This document shows positions 19,293-30,060 of a DNA stretch of 64,000 bases, one piece after another; positions within the stretch are counted from its first letter, which is position 1, and every line of letters begins with the position of its first letter. The stretch is taken from assembly GCA_963749655.1 (NCBI GenBank), contig CAVVOB010000020.1:100961-164960 (forward strand), written 5' to 3'. A model generated the notes under the pieces. That model ran no database searches and was not told the DNA's origin. It saw nothing but the letters and a program-made list of their open reading frames with translations. Made by a program: the position numbers and the translations under genes. The DNA is from Nitrospirota bacterium (lineage in GTDB: Bacteria; Nitrospirota; UBA9217).

Positions 19293-20744
19293 TCACTCCT
19301 TAATGGCAGCCAGCCTTCTTTTCCTGAGCAATCCGGCCATCGGCGCGAGTTCCCGGGTAGAAAGCAAACGAAACCCGAACAAGCCGGCGACAAAAAACGA
19401 CATGCCGAAGGGCAGGGAATACAAAATAGAAATTGCGGGCGGCAGAAGTTGCAGTGCGCCGGTAAGCACAAATCCCATGACGAGGATGGAGCCCGTCCTT
19501 GCAAGGAATTTTTTCTGAATAACATCTCTGAAAAGAAAACAATATACCGCGAATATGAAACCGCTGGAAGCGGTCAGCGCAATAGTGCTCCCTCGATATC
19601 CCAGGGCGGGGACGAGTGCAAGATTGAGCAGAATACATATGGCCAGGCCTGCTGCCTGCACGAAGACGATGCTTTTTTGCCTGCCCGACGCTATCGCGAG
19701 CGTGACATAAAAGGTGTTCAGAAAGAAAAAACTTGCTCCCAGTAGCAAAATTTTCAGCCCGGAGATCGACCGGGCAAATGCTTCGCCGTAAACGAGCGGG
19801 ATCACCCACCCGGAAAGCGTCACGCCCGCCAGGGTCAACAGCGTGCTGAGGATGAGAAGAAATTTAAACATTGCCGAGGCTGTCTGTATCAGTTCTTCCG
19901 TGCTTCCGTCGGCTGACGCTTTTTGCGACAATATCGGCAAAAGGGGCGCCATCAGAGATATGGGAATTATCATGAACCCAGTGAAAATCTTGAGCGGCGC
20001 CTGGTATAGGGCTACGTCGGTGCTTCCGGCAAAAGCTTTGAGCACAAAGATTCCCGTGTATATGAATAATTGCAGCAACAGCTGGAAAAAAGCAAGGGGC
20101 ATTGATTCCTTGAACAGATACTGCAACCCGGAAAACTGCAGCACCGCTTTCGGCCTGAAGCCGGTGAGCCGATGCGACAGGGTGCGTGAAGTGATCAGCC
20201 CCGTCAGGTAGGCAGCCGTCGTGGCGGCGAAAATACTTATAAAGCCGAGATCGAAATAGACGACAGCGAGGATAAAGAGCATCAGCGACATCATCGTTGC
20301 CAGACTGGTCGCTGTTTCATACAGAAAGCGCCCGAATGCAGCGAAAAGGGCATTGAGTGTCTGCGTCAGCGTCATGAAGGCGACGATCAGGAAAGCAAAC
20401 AGGCAGCTGGCCGCTTCTTTCGTGTCGAGAGTAAGCGTGTACAGGAGCAATACCGGAAGGAGGGCAAGGATCATGATACTGTTAAGCGTCAAGCCGTCGT
20501 TGACGTGTCTTTCAGCGCTTTCCTTCTGCTGGGCAATTTCTCTTACCAGGATCCTCGGGATGCCGGTGCTTAAAATCGGCAACACGGTCCACACCAGCGC
20601 CATGATAAATGCATATTCGCCGAACTCCCGGACACCGAGGTATCTCGCCAGAAGGCCGACAGTGATCAGCCCGGAAAGGACTTCTATGCTTCTCGACGTG
20701 AGTACGAGGATTGTATTGTTTGCCAGCTTGCCTGAAGTGGTCAT
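19293..20744 (-). CDS. wzx: Wzx flippase
   Basis: LARYLGVREFGEY, polytopic membrane profile, ILLNLALVPALG. Confidence 0.85.
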   Translation of the reverse strand: MTTSGKLANNTILVLTSRSIEVLSGLITVGLLARYLGVREFGEYAFIMALVWTVLPILSTGIPRILVREIAQQKESAERHVNDGLTLNSIMILALLPVLLLYTLTLDTKEAASCLFAFLIVAFMTLTQTLNALFAAFGRFLYETATSLATMMSLMLFILAVVYFDLGFISIFAATTAAYLTGLITSRTLSHRLTGFRPKAVLQFSGLQYLFKESMPLAFFQLLLQLFIYTGIFVLKAFAGSTDVALYQAPLKIFTGFMIIPISLMAPLLPILSQKASADGSTEELIQTASAMFKFLLILSTLLTLAGVTLSGWVIPLVYGEAFARSISGLKILLLGASFFFLNTFYVTLAIASGRQKSIVFVQAAGLAICILLNLALVPALGYRGSTIALTASSGFIFAVYCFLFRDVIQKKFLARTGSILVMGFVLTGALQLLPPAISILYSLPFGMSFFVAGLFGFRLLSTRELAPMAGLLRKRRLAAIKE

Positions 20745-20758
20745 GCGATTCTCGTGAT

Positions 20759-21779
20759 CTATGAAATAAAAGGCTGTTCAGCCTTCTTGCTATGAGCCCG
20801 GTGCCGGTGGATCGATAAAATCATCCCGAAATGGCTGGGGTATTTTTGAATGTAATTCGCAAAAATTGCTGAAATTTTCTGTAGATTTACCGCTACCGTC
20901 CTGGATTTATCGTCAAAGCGCTCAAGGTCGAAGGGTTTCTCTATGATAAGTCTCTGGCTGTTGTCTTTGTTTCTGACGATAAAGGTGGGCAGTATCGCCG
21001 CGCCCGTCATGGCAGCAAATCTGACCGGCCCCTGCCCGACGTAAGCAGTCCGGCCCAGGAACGGAACTTCCACCCAGTCCTTGCCTTCCCTGCCGTCGAA
21101 CGCGATGGCGACCAGCTCATTTCTCTGGAGTGCGCGTATCACGGCCTTTACGTCAGTATCCGATCGCATGAAATTCACCGGAAGGCTGGAACATTCCTTT
21201 TCCCGGGATTCGAAGATACGCTTATGGATCTGCCGGTGATGCCTCAGGTCAGGTGAGCCTCCTATCTGGTTGATGCGATAACCACTGAACCCGAGAGCGG
21301 GCAGCACCATGAGATAGGAACCGAAATGGGACAGAAGAATAATCGCCCCTTTGCCTTTTGCAAGTGCACTTTCGATGTGTTCACGGCCTTCGATCGTAAT
21401 CATTTTTTCAACAGCCGTCTTGGTCGATGCGCCCCAGTATCAACTCGTCGCACCGCCGTTTCATGTCCATCTCAAAACTTTGCCGGACCGCCCGCCGCAA
21501 TTCCTGCTCGCTCAAGTGATCGCCCAGGCAATTCCTGAGCTCATGATAGGTCAAGGCCCTGACCTTAGCCGAGCCGTAATACAGGCAGTATGAACTAAGA
21601 AGGGCGATCGAATAGAGAACCTTCGTCGGCAGCAACTGAGCGACCCTGCGGCAGGGAAACCAGAAGAACCAGAGAAGCGAATCAATGAAAAAATTTTTTA
21701 CCCGCCCGAATGCGCCCATTATGTGCTGCTCCGCAGTACAATCCGTCCCGGACTGTTCAATAAACGCCGTTTCCGTCAT
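20759..21779 (-). CDS. Second LpxL/HtrB-family acyltransferase, split by indel near 21428
   Basis: 5' ORF 21408-21779 parallels the N-terminus of 7850-8851; 3' ORF has IEGREHI, GKGAIILLSHFG, AFDG, GPVRFA. Confidence 0.82.
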
Positions 21780-21880
21780 TCCGAGCGATGTGAACCCCTC
21801 TGCACGGAAGAAACAAGCGGATTGGTCACTTCATAAAGAATGGCAAATCTGCCCAATCAGACTTTCCTGCATCGGCTTTT

Positions 21881-23275
21881 TTATGCATCATAGAAAGACT
21901 TCTTCTTTTTCAGCCTCCCGATAAAACGAAAGAACCCTTTCGCGCCGGGTTTGAGGATCTTCTCGACAACCGTGAGAACCACATCCATAACGACCGTGAT
22001 GTACCGCTGGGAAGGAGGATTGTAGAAGAGTTTCATTAATTCGGCTTCATTTTCCGCAAGCATGTCGGCTCGAGCATCCAGGAGCCCTTCTTCCTGGGCG
22101 GTCTTGAAAAGGGGAGTATGAGGCTCCAGGCGTATCCAGCCTATATCGCAGCCGCCTCTGCCCGGCATGAGAATGGGGATCGCAAAAAAGAGCTTGATGG
22201 TCCGGAGAAAGCCCCGAAAGTCCTGTCCGGGGTAACAGGCGAAAAAATTAAACCCCACGGCAACACCCTTGATCGTGCGTGCGATCTTTAAAGTCCTGTC
22301 GATGTCCTTGGACGTGATCCCCTTGCTCAGAGCGGCCAGGCCTTTGTCCGTTGTCGCATCCGGAGAGAATCCAAGATGGCGGCATCCCGCCTTCTTGAGC
22401 AAGGTCATAAATTCTTCCGAAAAATTTTTCATGCTGCACCATGCGCCCCACTCCACGGTCAGTTTTCTTCCGATGATTTCGTTGCAGATGTCGACGGCGT
22501 GTTTTTCCGGAATGTTGAATATGCTGTCGACAAACGTAAACGATTTGACGCCGTAATTGGCCATCAAATACTCGATTTCATCGACGACGTCCTTTGGCGA
22601 GCGGAGTCTTACCGTATTCTTGTTCAAAAAAGGGTAGCCGCAGTAGGTGCATTTATACACGCACCCGCGCTTGCTCTGGACCCCGATGATGTTATGCAAC
22701 GGGCCCACGTAATTTTTTATGTCGATGAGCGAGGCGTCGCGTCTCGGCATGGAAATCCTGCCAAAGTCAGGCGCCGGTCTCGGCCCGGTGAAGAAAACCT
22801 GTCCGTTCTTCCTGTAGAAGATGCCGCTGACTGCTTCAGGCGTGTTCAGGTTCCTGAGCAGCTCCGGCGCTGATTCATCGCCCTCCAGATAAACGCCGTA
22901 ATCAATGGAAGGCACTTTTTCCATGATCTGCTGCGCAAAGATCGAAAAACCGGTTCCGCCCGTCATTATTTTGATATTTGCATCTACGTCCTTGATGGTT
23001 TGAATGGTCTGCCTGACCGTTTTGAAGTAAACGAACGGATCTCTTCTTTGCGTCGTATCCATGTTGCGTATGGAGAGACCTGCCATGTCGGGACGAAAAG
23101 CCTGCACGACGCGCTTCAGCTCCTCGAAACATTGGGGGTAATCGTAAACACCGGGATCAAAAATTCTAACCTCGTGCTCCTTGAGGGCGGTCGCAATATA
23201 CGTGAGCCCGATGGGGAACAGGGGTTGTTTGATGACTCTTCTGCCCAATTCCTGCTGAACAAGTAATACCTTCAT
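21881..23275 (-). CDS. B12-binding radical SAM protein (lipid-associated type)
   Basis: FPIGLTYIA, GLSIRNMDT, KRGCVYKCTYC. Confidence 0.88.
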   Translation of the reverse strand: MKVLLVQQELGRRVIKQPLFPIGLTYIATALKEHEVRIFDPGVYDYPQCFEELKRVVQAFRPDMAGLSIRNMDTTQRRDPFVYFKTVRQTIQTIKDVDANIKIMTGGTGFSIFAQQIMEKVPSIDYGVYLEGDESAPELLRNLNTPEAVSGIFYRKNGQVFFTGPRPAPDFGRISMPRRDASLIDIKNYVGPLHNIIGVQSKRGCVYKCTYCGYPFLNKNTVRLRSPKDVVDEIEYLMANYGVKSFTFVDSIFNIPEKHAVDICNEIIGRKLTVEWGAWCSMKNFSEEFMTLLKKAGCRHLGFSPDATTDKGLAALSKGITSKDIDRTLKIARTIKGVAVGFNFFACYPGQDFRGFLRTIKLFFAIPILMPGRGGCDIGWIRLEPHTPLFKTAQEEGLLDARADMLAENEAELMKLFYNPPSQRYITVVMDVVLTVVEKILKPGAKGFFRFIGRLKKKKSFYDA

Positions 23276-23492
23276 ATATCTGACCCTCCTGAATAGTTCG
23301 GCAATCTCCGGTGGTCCGGCAGTTTATGGAGCGCCTGCCCGTCCCGAAGAACCACATCAAAACTGAAAAATTCGCTCACTTATATACCATGCGCTCTGCA
23401 TCGGGTTATGTATTCCTCGAGCGTTGATTATGACTACTCCGGCAAGGACGGAAAAGCCAGAAACAGGGACCTTCTGAGGGGGGATTTCGTGT

Positions 23493-24233
23493 TCAGTGCC
23501 CATCAGTGCAATTTACCAGCTTCGACGGAACAGAGAAGACCAGATCTACCGCCTTTGCATTTCCGATCGTTTTTTCCAGGTACACAAAGGCATCGGGCAA
23601 TAATGTCCTTAGTTCACCTTTCCGGTGAATATCGCTTGCCACGATATGGCAAAGCCCCGCCTTTATCAGTGCTATCGCCGATGACCTGACCTTTCTTCCA
23701 TATTTACCTAAAAGGCTGCCGGCGTTGATCTGTAGCATTCCTCCATTGTTCGCAAAATCCTTCGCCATCCGGTGATCCTTGGAAATTTCGAAACACCTTT
23801 CAGGGTGGGCCCATATCGGTGTAATGCCCCGGGCCATAAGGCTGAATAAGACATCAGAGGTGTACATCGGCATCTCATAAGAAGGTATTTCTATCAGCAC
23901 GTGGCTTCCCTTGCCGTTTATCGTCAGGCTTGTATCACCCCGTATAAACTGAGGCAGATCCGGCGCCAGCATAAGCTCGGCGCCGAGGTGAAGAACTATA
24001 TCAATCCCTTTTTGCGCCGCTTTTTCCTTGAATGCTTCGAATGCAGACACCCTTTTTCCCCGATCGGACCCGTAGGGGGAAAAATGCGGCGTTAAAATAA
24101 TTTCCTTCGTTCCGATCTCTGCAGCCTCTTCCAGGATGTGCAAGGCCTCGTCGACATCTCTCGCCCCATCATCAATACCGGGCAGAATGTGCGTGTGGAT
24201 ATCAATAAAATTTACCGACTGCAGCGACGCCAT
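23493..24233 (-). CDS. CpsB/YwqE-type PHP tyrosine-protein phosphatase
   Basis: IDIHTHILPGIDDGA, LTPH, AHPER, ASDIH. Confidence 0.92.
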   Translation of the reverse strand: MASLQSVNFIDIHTHILPGIDDGARDVDEALHILEEAAEIGTKEIILTPHFSPYGSDRGKRVSAFEAFKEKAAQKGIDIVLHLGAELMLAPDLPQFIRGDTSLTINGKGSHVLIEIPSYEMPMYTSDVLFSLMARGITPIWAHPERCFEISKDHRMAKDFANNGGMLQINAGSLLGKYGRKVRSSAIALIKAGLCHIVASDIHRKGELRTLLPDAFVYLEKTIGNAKAVDLVFSVPSKLVNCTDGH

Positions 24234-24242
24234 AGCCCGAGC

Positions 24243-26284
24243 TCATTTGGTGTGATAATAGTAGTAATAGGCGCTTAGGCGCCGGTGCACTCTGTTCAAA
24301 ACGACCCCGGTCAAGTTGACGCTTGCCCGTTTGAATGAATCGATGATGTCGGCGACATTACTCGTGACCGCCCTGCCGCTTTGAGTCAGCAAGATGATTC
24401 CGTCCGTCCATCCGCCGAGGACGAGAGCATCGCTGGCAGCCAGCACGGGAGGCGTGTCTACTACCACCAAGTCGTACATCGTCTCCATTTCCTTAATCAG
24501 GTTGTGCATCTTGTTCGATTCGACGAGCTTTCCCGGATCCGGCGGTATCGGCCCCGTCAGTATCACGTAAAGACCGTCGACGTCCGTCTTGAGCTGAATG
24601 TCTTTCAACTCCGCATCGCCGACCATGTAGTTGGTGAGGCCGAGATCATTCGGCTGCTTGAAATATTTGTTGATGGCGGGCCTTCTCAGGTCCCCGTCGA
24701 TGAGCAGTACCTTTTTGCCTTCGCTCGCCACCGAGATCGCGAGATTTGAAGCAAAAAAGCTTTTCCCTCCTGCTCCATAGAGCTTGTTACTGCCATGCTT
24801 TTTAACGTCTTGTCCAGTGCGGTGTATTTGATGCTGTTGCGGATGGTTCTGACCTGCTCCCGGAGAGGGGAGCGGTGGTCCGCCATGCTGATCAGCCGCT
24901 GCTCTTTCTTGCTCAGATTGAAAATGCTGCCCAGGAAGATCACTCCCTTGAACGCTTTGATGTCTTCGGACGTCTTTATCGTATTGTCCAGGTGCTCGAT
25001 AATAAGGGCCGACCCTATACCGAGGAATCCCCCGATGAACAGGGAAAGTATGAAATTTTTGGAAAGAGAAGGGCTTCTGTGGTCCGTATCGTTTTTGTCG
25101 TATGCAACGGCGGGCTCCGCTATATAAATGTTGGCGACCGCTATTGATTCCGCGATTCCGATCTGATAGAGCGCCTTGGACAGCGAATTATAAATATCCT
25201 GATTCACCGACACCGCGAGATTGAGCTGTGCATAGTCGTAGCTCTTTTGCGGCAGACCCGTTATGGGCAAATCGCTGCTGTCGCTTTTCATCTGGTCAGC
25301 TGACCTATCAGGGGCCGCAGCCGGGTCTGCGGGGTTGGACGTCATTTTTTCGGTCAGATCGCGCAGGCCCGGATCACTGCTCATTCTCTCGGCGCCGAAG
25401 ACTTTTTCCATCTTTTGCTGAATCCGAAGCTTCGTTTCCTCGATCTTGTTTTGCAGGTCTATGACGGTGGGATGATCTTTGCTGTATTTCGTCTTCGTGT
25501 CCGCCAACAAGAGGTACAGATCCCTCTGTGATTGTTTGAGATCGGATATCTGCTTGATATACTCCGATGTTTCATAATCCAGGTTCACCGTCTTCTTATT
25601 CTCTTTGAAGTGCTTCAGCGCCAGCAATGCCTCGTGGTACTCGTTCTTGTATCTTTTTAGATTGTTGGCGACATAAACTTTTGCATCTGAGAAATCTTCG
25701 CGGATTCTTTTGAGCTCCGCCTCCACAAATGCATCGGCCATGGCGTTCGCGATCACGCTCGCTTCTTTAGGATCCGTCGAACGTCCTTCGAAGGTTATGA
25801 GGTCAGTGCTTTGAAATTGATCCGTCAGTATGGCAGGACGGGGGAAAATATAGGCGGAAATGGGCCATTGGACAAAATCGTCGGGTTTGATCGGAACAGG
25901 GTCCGTTGATACGTTGACCCCCAGAGCGCCGAAGACCGGTTTCAGAAAGGGGAGCGCCCTGAAAATTCTGGCCCTCGTTTTTACCCGGGATAGATGCAAT
26001 TGTGATACTACTTTTTCCGCAATCGGCCGGACCGTAGTGAGCGCCAGATAGTCGGATCTGTCCGTATCGGAGAGGGACGAAGCCGATCCCGTGCTGGACA
26101 TCCCCAGACTGGCAAGGACGGTGCCTGATACCCAGGACCTTCTCAGAAACACCTTGGCGCTCGCATTATGCCAGGGTGTAATGAGGGCTGTCGTCACCAT
26201 GATCACTAGCAGATAGGCGGAGAAAATCGAAAGAATGATCATCTTTCTTCTCCACAAGATTCCCAGTATCGTCTTTAACTCCAC
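24243..26284 (-). CDS. wzc: Wzc co-polymerase/tyrosine autokinase (one A missing in a homopolymer near 24763)
   Basis: Wzz N-terminus. Restoring one A gives Walker A EQEGKSFFASNLA, joining to IDGDLRRP, VDTPP and the C-terminal YYYYY cluster. Confidence 0.9.
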
Positions 26285-26351
26285 AATTAACTCCTCGCCA
26301 ATGATAAGTTATGAAAACCGCTGCGCCGGTAAACTACGGCATTCTGCAATG

Positions 26352-27134
26352 CTACTGCGTGGGTATCGTAAGCTGCGTCGACGGCTTTTTACCCGCGATG
26401 ACGTCAATGGCCTGCGGCGCCAGCACGATGCCGCCTTCAACCATAATCACCGGACTGAGAATGGAGCTCAAGTACTGTGCGAAACGGGCGATGTCGGCGA
26501 TTTTCTTCGTGGGAACATATACGATGTCGTTGCGCTGAAGGCGCTGGTTATAGGCAAGATTGCCGCCTTTCAGCACCGCTTCCATATCGAGCGACCGGGT
26601 CTCGAGTTTCCCTCCGACGTTTCTCAAGAGGAGAACGTTGCTCGTTTTTGCATCCTGGGTCCAGCCGCCGGCTTTTGCAACGGCATCCAGGACGGTGGCG
26701 TCCGTATCGAGGCTGAAAGCGCCGGGGTTTTTGATTTCGCCGAGAACAAGAAATCTCTGGCTTTGTATTGCCGAGACGGAAATGGTGATCTGGGGATCGA
26801 CGATATATTTTGCATAACGTTGCCGCAGATCTTCCCGAAGGGCAGTCATGCTTTTCCCTGCAACCGGAACTTCGCCGATCAGGGGGAAGATCACCGTGCC
26901 GGAAGGGTTTATCTTCGTGGAAAGCTTCAAGTCGTCGTTCCGGTACACCGAAATGTCGATGGAATCTCCCACGCCCAGGATGAATTCAGCAACTTTGGGA
27001 GGGGCTGCCTCCGCCCCTTCAGTGTACGGCTCCGCGGGCGATGGGCCTGTCGAGGCACATCCGCTGATCATCAGCGCCAGTAAAACCAGAATGGCAGTGA
27101 AAAAATTTAATAACTGAAGCATTGGGGGGAACAT
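26352..27134 (-). CDS. wza: Wza-like polysaccharide export lipoprotein
   Basis: Lipobox ISGC, LGVGDSIDISVY, FPLIGEV, SLBB domain, DIVYVP. Confidence 0.9.
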   Translation of the reverse strand: MFPPMLQLLNFFTAILVLLALMISGCASTGPSPAEPYTEGAEAAPPKVAEFILGVGDSIDISVYRNDDLKLSTKINPSGTVIFPLIGEVPVAGKSMTALREDLRQRYAKYIVDPQITISVSAIQSQRFLVLGEIKNPGAFSLDTDATVLDAVAKAGGWTQDAKTSNVLLLRNVGGKLETRSLDMEAVLKGGNLAYNQRLQRNDIVYVPTKKIADIARFAQYLSSILSPVIMVEGGIVLAPQAIDVIAGKKPSTQLTIPTQ

Positions 27135-27196
27135 CTCCTTTCAAGCAGGCGGCACGTGATGACTTCTCGTCGAGGGCGAGCACTCCGTCGCGCGGC

Positions 27197-28357
27197 TCAT
27201 CTTATTTCAATAAGGATTTTTGCGTCTTTTCTATCCGACGACCGGGCGAACCCCTTCCTGATCTCCGAGAAGGGAAAGACGGTCGTGACCATCTCCCTTG
27301 CGGCATCGAGTCTACCGCCCTGCAGCAGGCGAATGATCTGGGAGTAGATGCCGTAGCCGGAATGCCCCCGGGATCCGATAATTGCATGAGCCCCTGACAC
27401 GACACGGTTAAGGTCCACGTGCGCCGAAGCATCCACGCGGCCGAGATAGATGATTTTGCCACGCCGGGAACAGAGCTGCTGCAACAAGGGGATCGTCTTA
27501 TGGGCTGCTCCGGCGGCTTCCACCTGAATGTCGGCGCCCCACCCGCCGGTTATGTTCATGACGGCTTCCACGAGGTCGCTGGTCCCGTTCGCATTGAACA
27601 CGAAGTCAGCGCCCAGTTTCTTCGCGAGAAGCAGTCTTTCTTCGACTACGTCGACGGCGATGATCTTTGAAGCGCCTGCGGTCTTGAGGAGCATGACCGC
27701 ACCCAGTCCGATCGGACCGGCGCCGTAAACGATTGCGCAAGCGCCGGGCAGGAATCCTTCGCCGGCAATGAAAATGCCATTATAGGCGCAGCCGATCGGC
27801 TCGATCAGGGTCCCGATCCGGAGCACATCGTTATGACCGAATCGCTCCGTGAGGCCGTTCAGCTTCCAGCAATAGGCCGCCTTGACGGCTATATATTCGG
27901 CGAATGCGCCATCAGAGGTCAGGCCCATCAGTTCGACATTCTCGCACTGGTTCAGCATGCCGCTCCGGCAGGGGAGGCATTTTCCGCACCACATGATGCT
28001 CTCGCTCGTGACGATGTCTCCCTTGGCAAAGCCGACGACGTCCTTGCCGACCTCCACGATCTCGCCGGAGAACTCATGCCCGAGAATGCTCGGAAGTTTT
28101 GTCGGTCCGGAAAAAATGATGTAGCCGTCGCCGTCGGTTTCGTAGGTGTGGGTATCGGAGCCGCAGATGCCGCAGGCCGCGACGCGGATCAGCACCTGGT
28201 CGTTCCCGACGGAGGGAACCGGCACGTCGCGGATTTCCAGGCGGGGATTGCGCCAAACCTGGCTCCCCACGACGGCATGCCTGCTTTTCTGTTCTTTTTC
28301 CGAAAGACGGTATTCTTTTTTCGGTTCCCAGTCGGCTTCCGCCACAAGTGCCTTCAT
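27197..28357 (-). CDS. iolM: Zn-dependent dehydrogenase, scyllo-inosose 3-dehydrogenase (IolM)-like
   Basis: CGICGSD, GHEFSG, structural Zn cysteines, plus the IolM-type N-terminus (W.P......GSQVWRNP) and GSRGHSG. Similarity recalled, not searched. Confidence 0.72.
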   Translation of the reverse strand: MKALVAEADWEPKKEYRLSEKEQKSRHAVVGSQVWRNPRLEIRDVPVPSVGNDQVLIRVAACGICGSDTHTYETDGDGYIIFSGPTKLPSILGHEFSGEIVEVGKDVVGFAKGDIVTSESIMWCGKCLPCRSGMLNQCENVELMGLTSDGAFAEYIAVKAAYCWKLNGLTERFGHNDVLRIGTLIEPIGCAYNGIFIAGEGFLPGACAIVYGAGPIGLGAVMLLKTAGASKIIAVDVVEERLLLAKKLGADFVFNANGTSDLVEAVMNITGGWGADIQVEAAGAAHKTIPLLQQLCSRRGKIIYLGRVDASAHVDLNRVVSGAHAIIGSRGHSGYGIYSQIIRLLQGGRLDAAREMVTTVFPFSEIRKGFARSSDRKDAKILIEIR

Positions 28358-29862
28358 GCATGCTCCAGTTGCAGTGCTTTTTTGTTGATCTTTCCACTCC
28401 CGATCTTCGGCAGCGCATTCCGCAACTCCACGATGCGGGGAGCCTTGTAGTGGGCCAGCCGGTCCCGGCAGAAATCATGAACCGCCTTTTCGGTGAGGAC
28501 CGCCCCTTCCTTCGCAACAACGATCGCTTTGGGAACTTCGCCCCGCAGCCGGTCCTTGACGGAGATAACGGCGGCCTCCTTGATATCCGGATGATCGAGC
28601 AGCACCTGTTCAATCTCGAGGGGGAACACCTTCAGGCCGGCAACCTTCATCATGCCCCGTTTGCGCTCGACAAAAAAGAAATTTCCTTCTGCGTCACGCC
28701 TCGCGAGGTCTCCGCTGTAGTACCAGCCGTCACGGCAGACGGCGGCGGTGCTTTCTTCATCCCGGTAATATTCCTGAATGACGGCGGGCCCCCTGAAGAT
28801 CATCTCGCCGACCTCTCCCTGCGGCAGTTCTTTCCCGTCCTCGTCCACGATCTTGACTTCGTAGGTCGAACAGGGACGGCCTGCCGAACAGGGAACGATG
28901 TCGGTCCCCGGCCGGTTCGCCAGGGCGATCCCCGTTGTTTCCGTGCTGCCCCAGACGGGCACGATCGGCACGCCGAGTTTCTTCTGAAACCGCTCGATCA
29001 GGTCAAGGCGGGTAAACATGCCGCCGCTCTCGGGTATGCGCAAAGAATGCATATTATATACTTTATGTTCAAGTACTTCAATAAGATTCTCGTACATCGG
29101 CGCCAGTCCCATCATGCAGGTGACGCCGTTGTCCGCGATCGCCTGAGCAAGGGACTTGGGGTAGACATTGTCCAGCATCACCATGGTCCCGCAGAGAAGC
29201 AGAGGGCGGGCGAATATTTCGTGCGGGTGAGCGAAGGGAGCGAACATGCAGAGATGGACATCATCGGCGGTCATGCCGAGAGCTTCGGCGGCAGCAAACG
29301 TATTCCAGTATATATGGGCGTGGGTGGTTACCGCCCCTTTAGAATTCCCGGTGGATCCCGATGTGTAGTTCAGATAGGCGACGTCATCGATGCGGATGTC
29401 CAGGGAGGGGTTGAGCGGACTGCTCTTTTCCATTATGTCCTGCAGGGAGTGCCAGCCGGGCTCGGTCGTCTTTCCGGCAACGATGCAGGAGACGGAGGAT
29501 GTGGAGGAAATGCAGCTCCTGGCCAGGGTCGCAAACTGCTCCGCCACGATGAAGAACCGGGGCGTCGTGCGGTCAAGAACGCATTGTATTGCATCGACCG
29601 GAAGCTCGAAATTGAGCGGGACGATGATGCCTCCCGCCTTGGCAGCGGCAAGAAAACCGATGACCAGTTCGGGGACGCGCAGCATCATCAGGCCGACCCG
29701 GTCGCCTTTTTTCAGCCCCTGCTGGAGCATGCCGTTCGCAAGCCTGTTCACGGCTTCGTTGAGCTGCCGGTAGGTCAGCTTCCGGTCATGATACACAATG
29801 GCGGTTTTGTCCGGAAACTCGGAAGCATTGCGTTCGAGCTGTGCGCCCAGTGTCGTCCCCAT
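28354..29862 (-). CDS. Long-chain acyl-CoA ligase / AMP-binding enzyme
   Basis: YTSGSTGNSKG, WGSTE, SGDLA, LPKIGSGKI. Start MGTTL. Confidence 0.9.
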   Translation of the reverse strand: MGTTLGAQLERNASEFPDKTAIVYHDRKLTYRQLNEAVNRLANGMLQQGLKKGDRVGLMMLRVPELVIGFLAAAKAGGIIVPLNFELPVDAIQCVLDRTTPRFFIVAEQFATLARSCISSTSSVSCIVAGKTTEPGWHSLQDIMEKSSPLNPSLDIRIDDVAYLNYTSGSTGNSKGAVTTHAHIYWNTFAAAEALGMTADDVHLCMFAPFAHPHEIFARPLLLCGTMVMLDNVYPKSLAQAIADNGVTCMMGLAPMYENLIEVLEHKVYNMHSLRIPESGGMFTRLDLIERFQKKLGVPIVPVWGSTETTGIALANRPGTDIVPCSAGRPCSTYEVKIVDEDGKELPQGEVGEMIFRGPAVIQEYYRDEESTAAVCRDGWYYSGDLARRDAEGNFFFVERKRGMMKVAGLKVFPLEIEQVLLDHPDIKEAAVISVKDRLRGEVPKAIVVAKEGAVLTEKAVHDFCRDRLAHYKAPRIVELRNALPKIGSGKINKKALQLEHA

Positions 29863-30060
29863 GGTTCCCCCAGGATGGTCCCGCGCGTCGTTTTGCCTGC
29901 GGGCACTCATCGGCTTCTGCGGTTGTGTCGAGAAAGGTACTCTGTGAGCTGGAATGCTGCTGTGTGTGGCAGGCTGCTTCAAGGGAATACTGCCCGGCGC
30001 CGTGCAGAAGGAGGAAACGCACAGCCGACCGTGACACTCACCAGTAAGTCGTTACCACCG

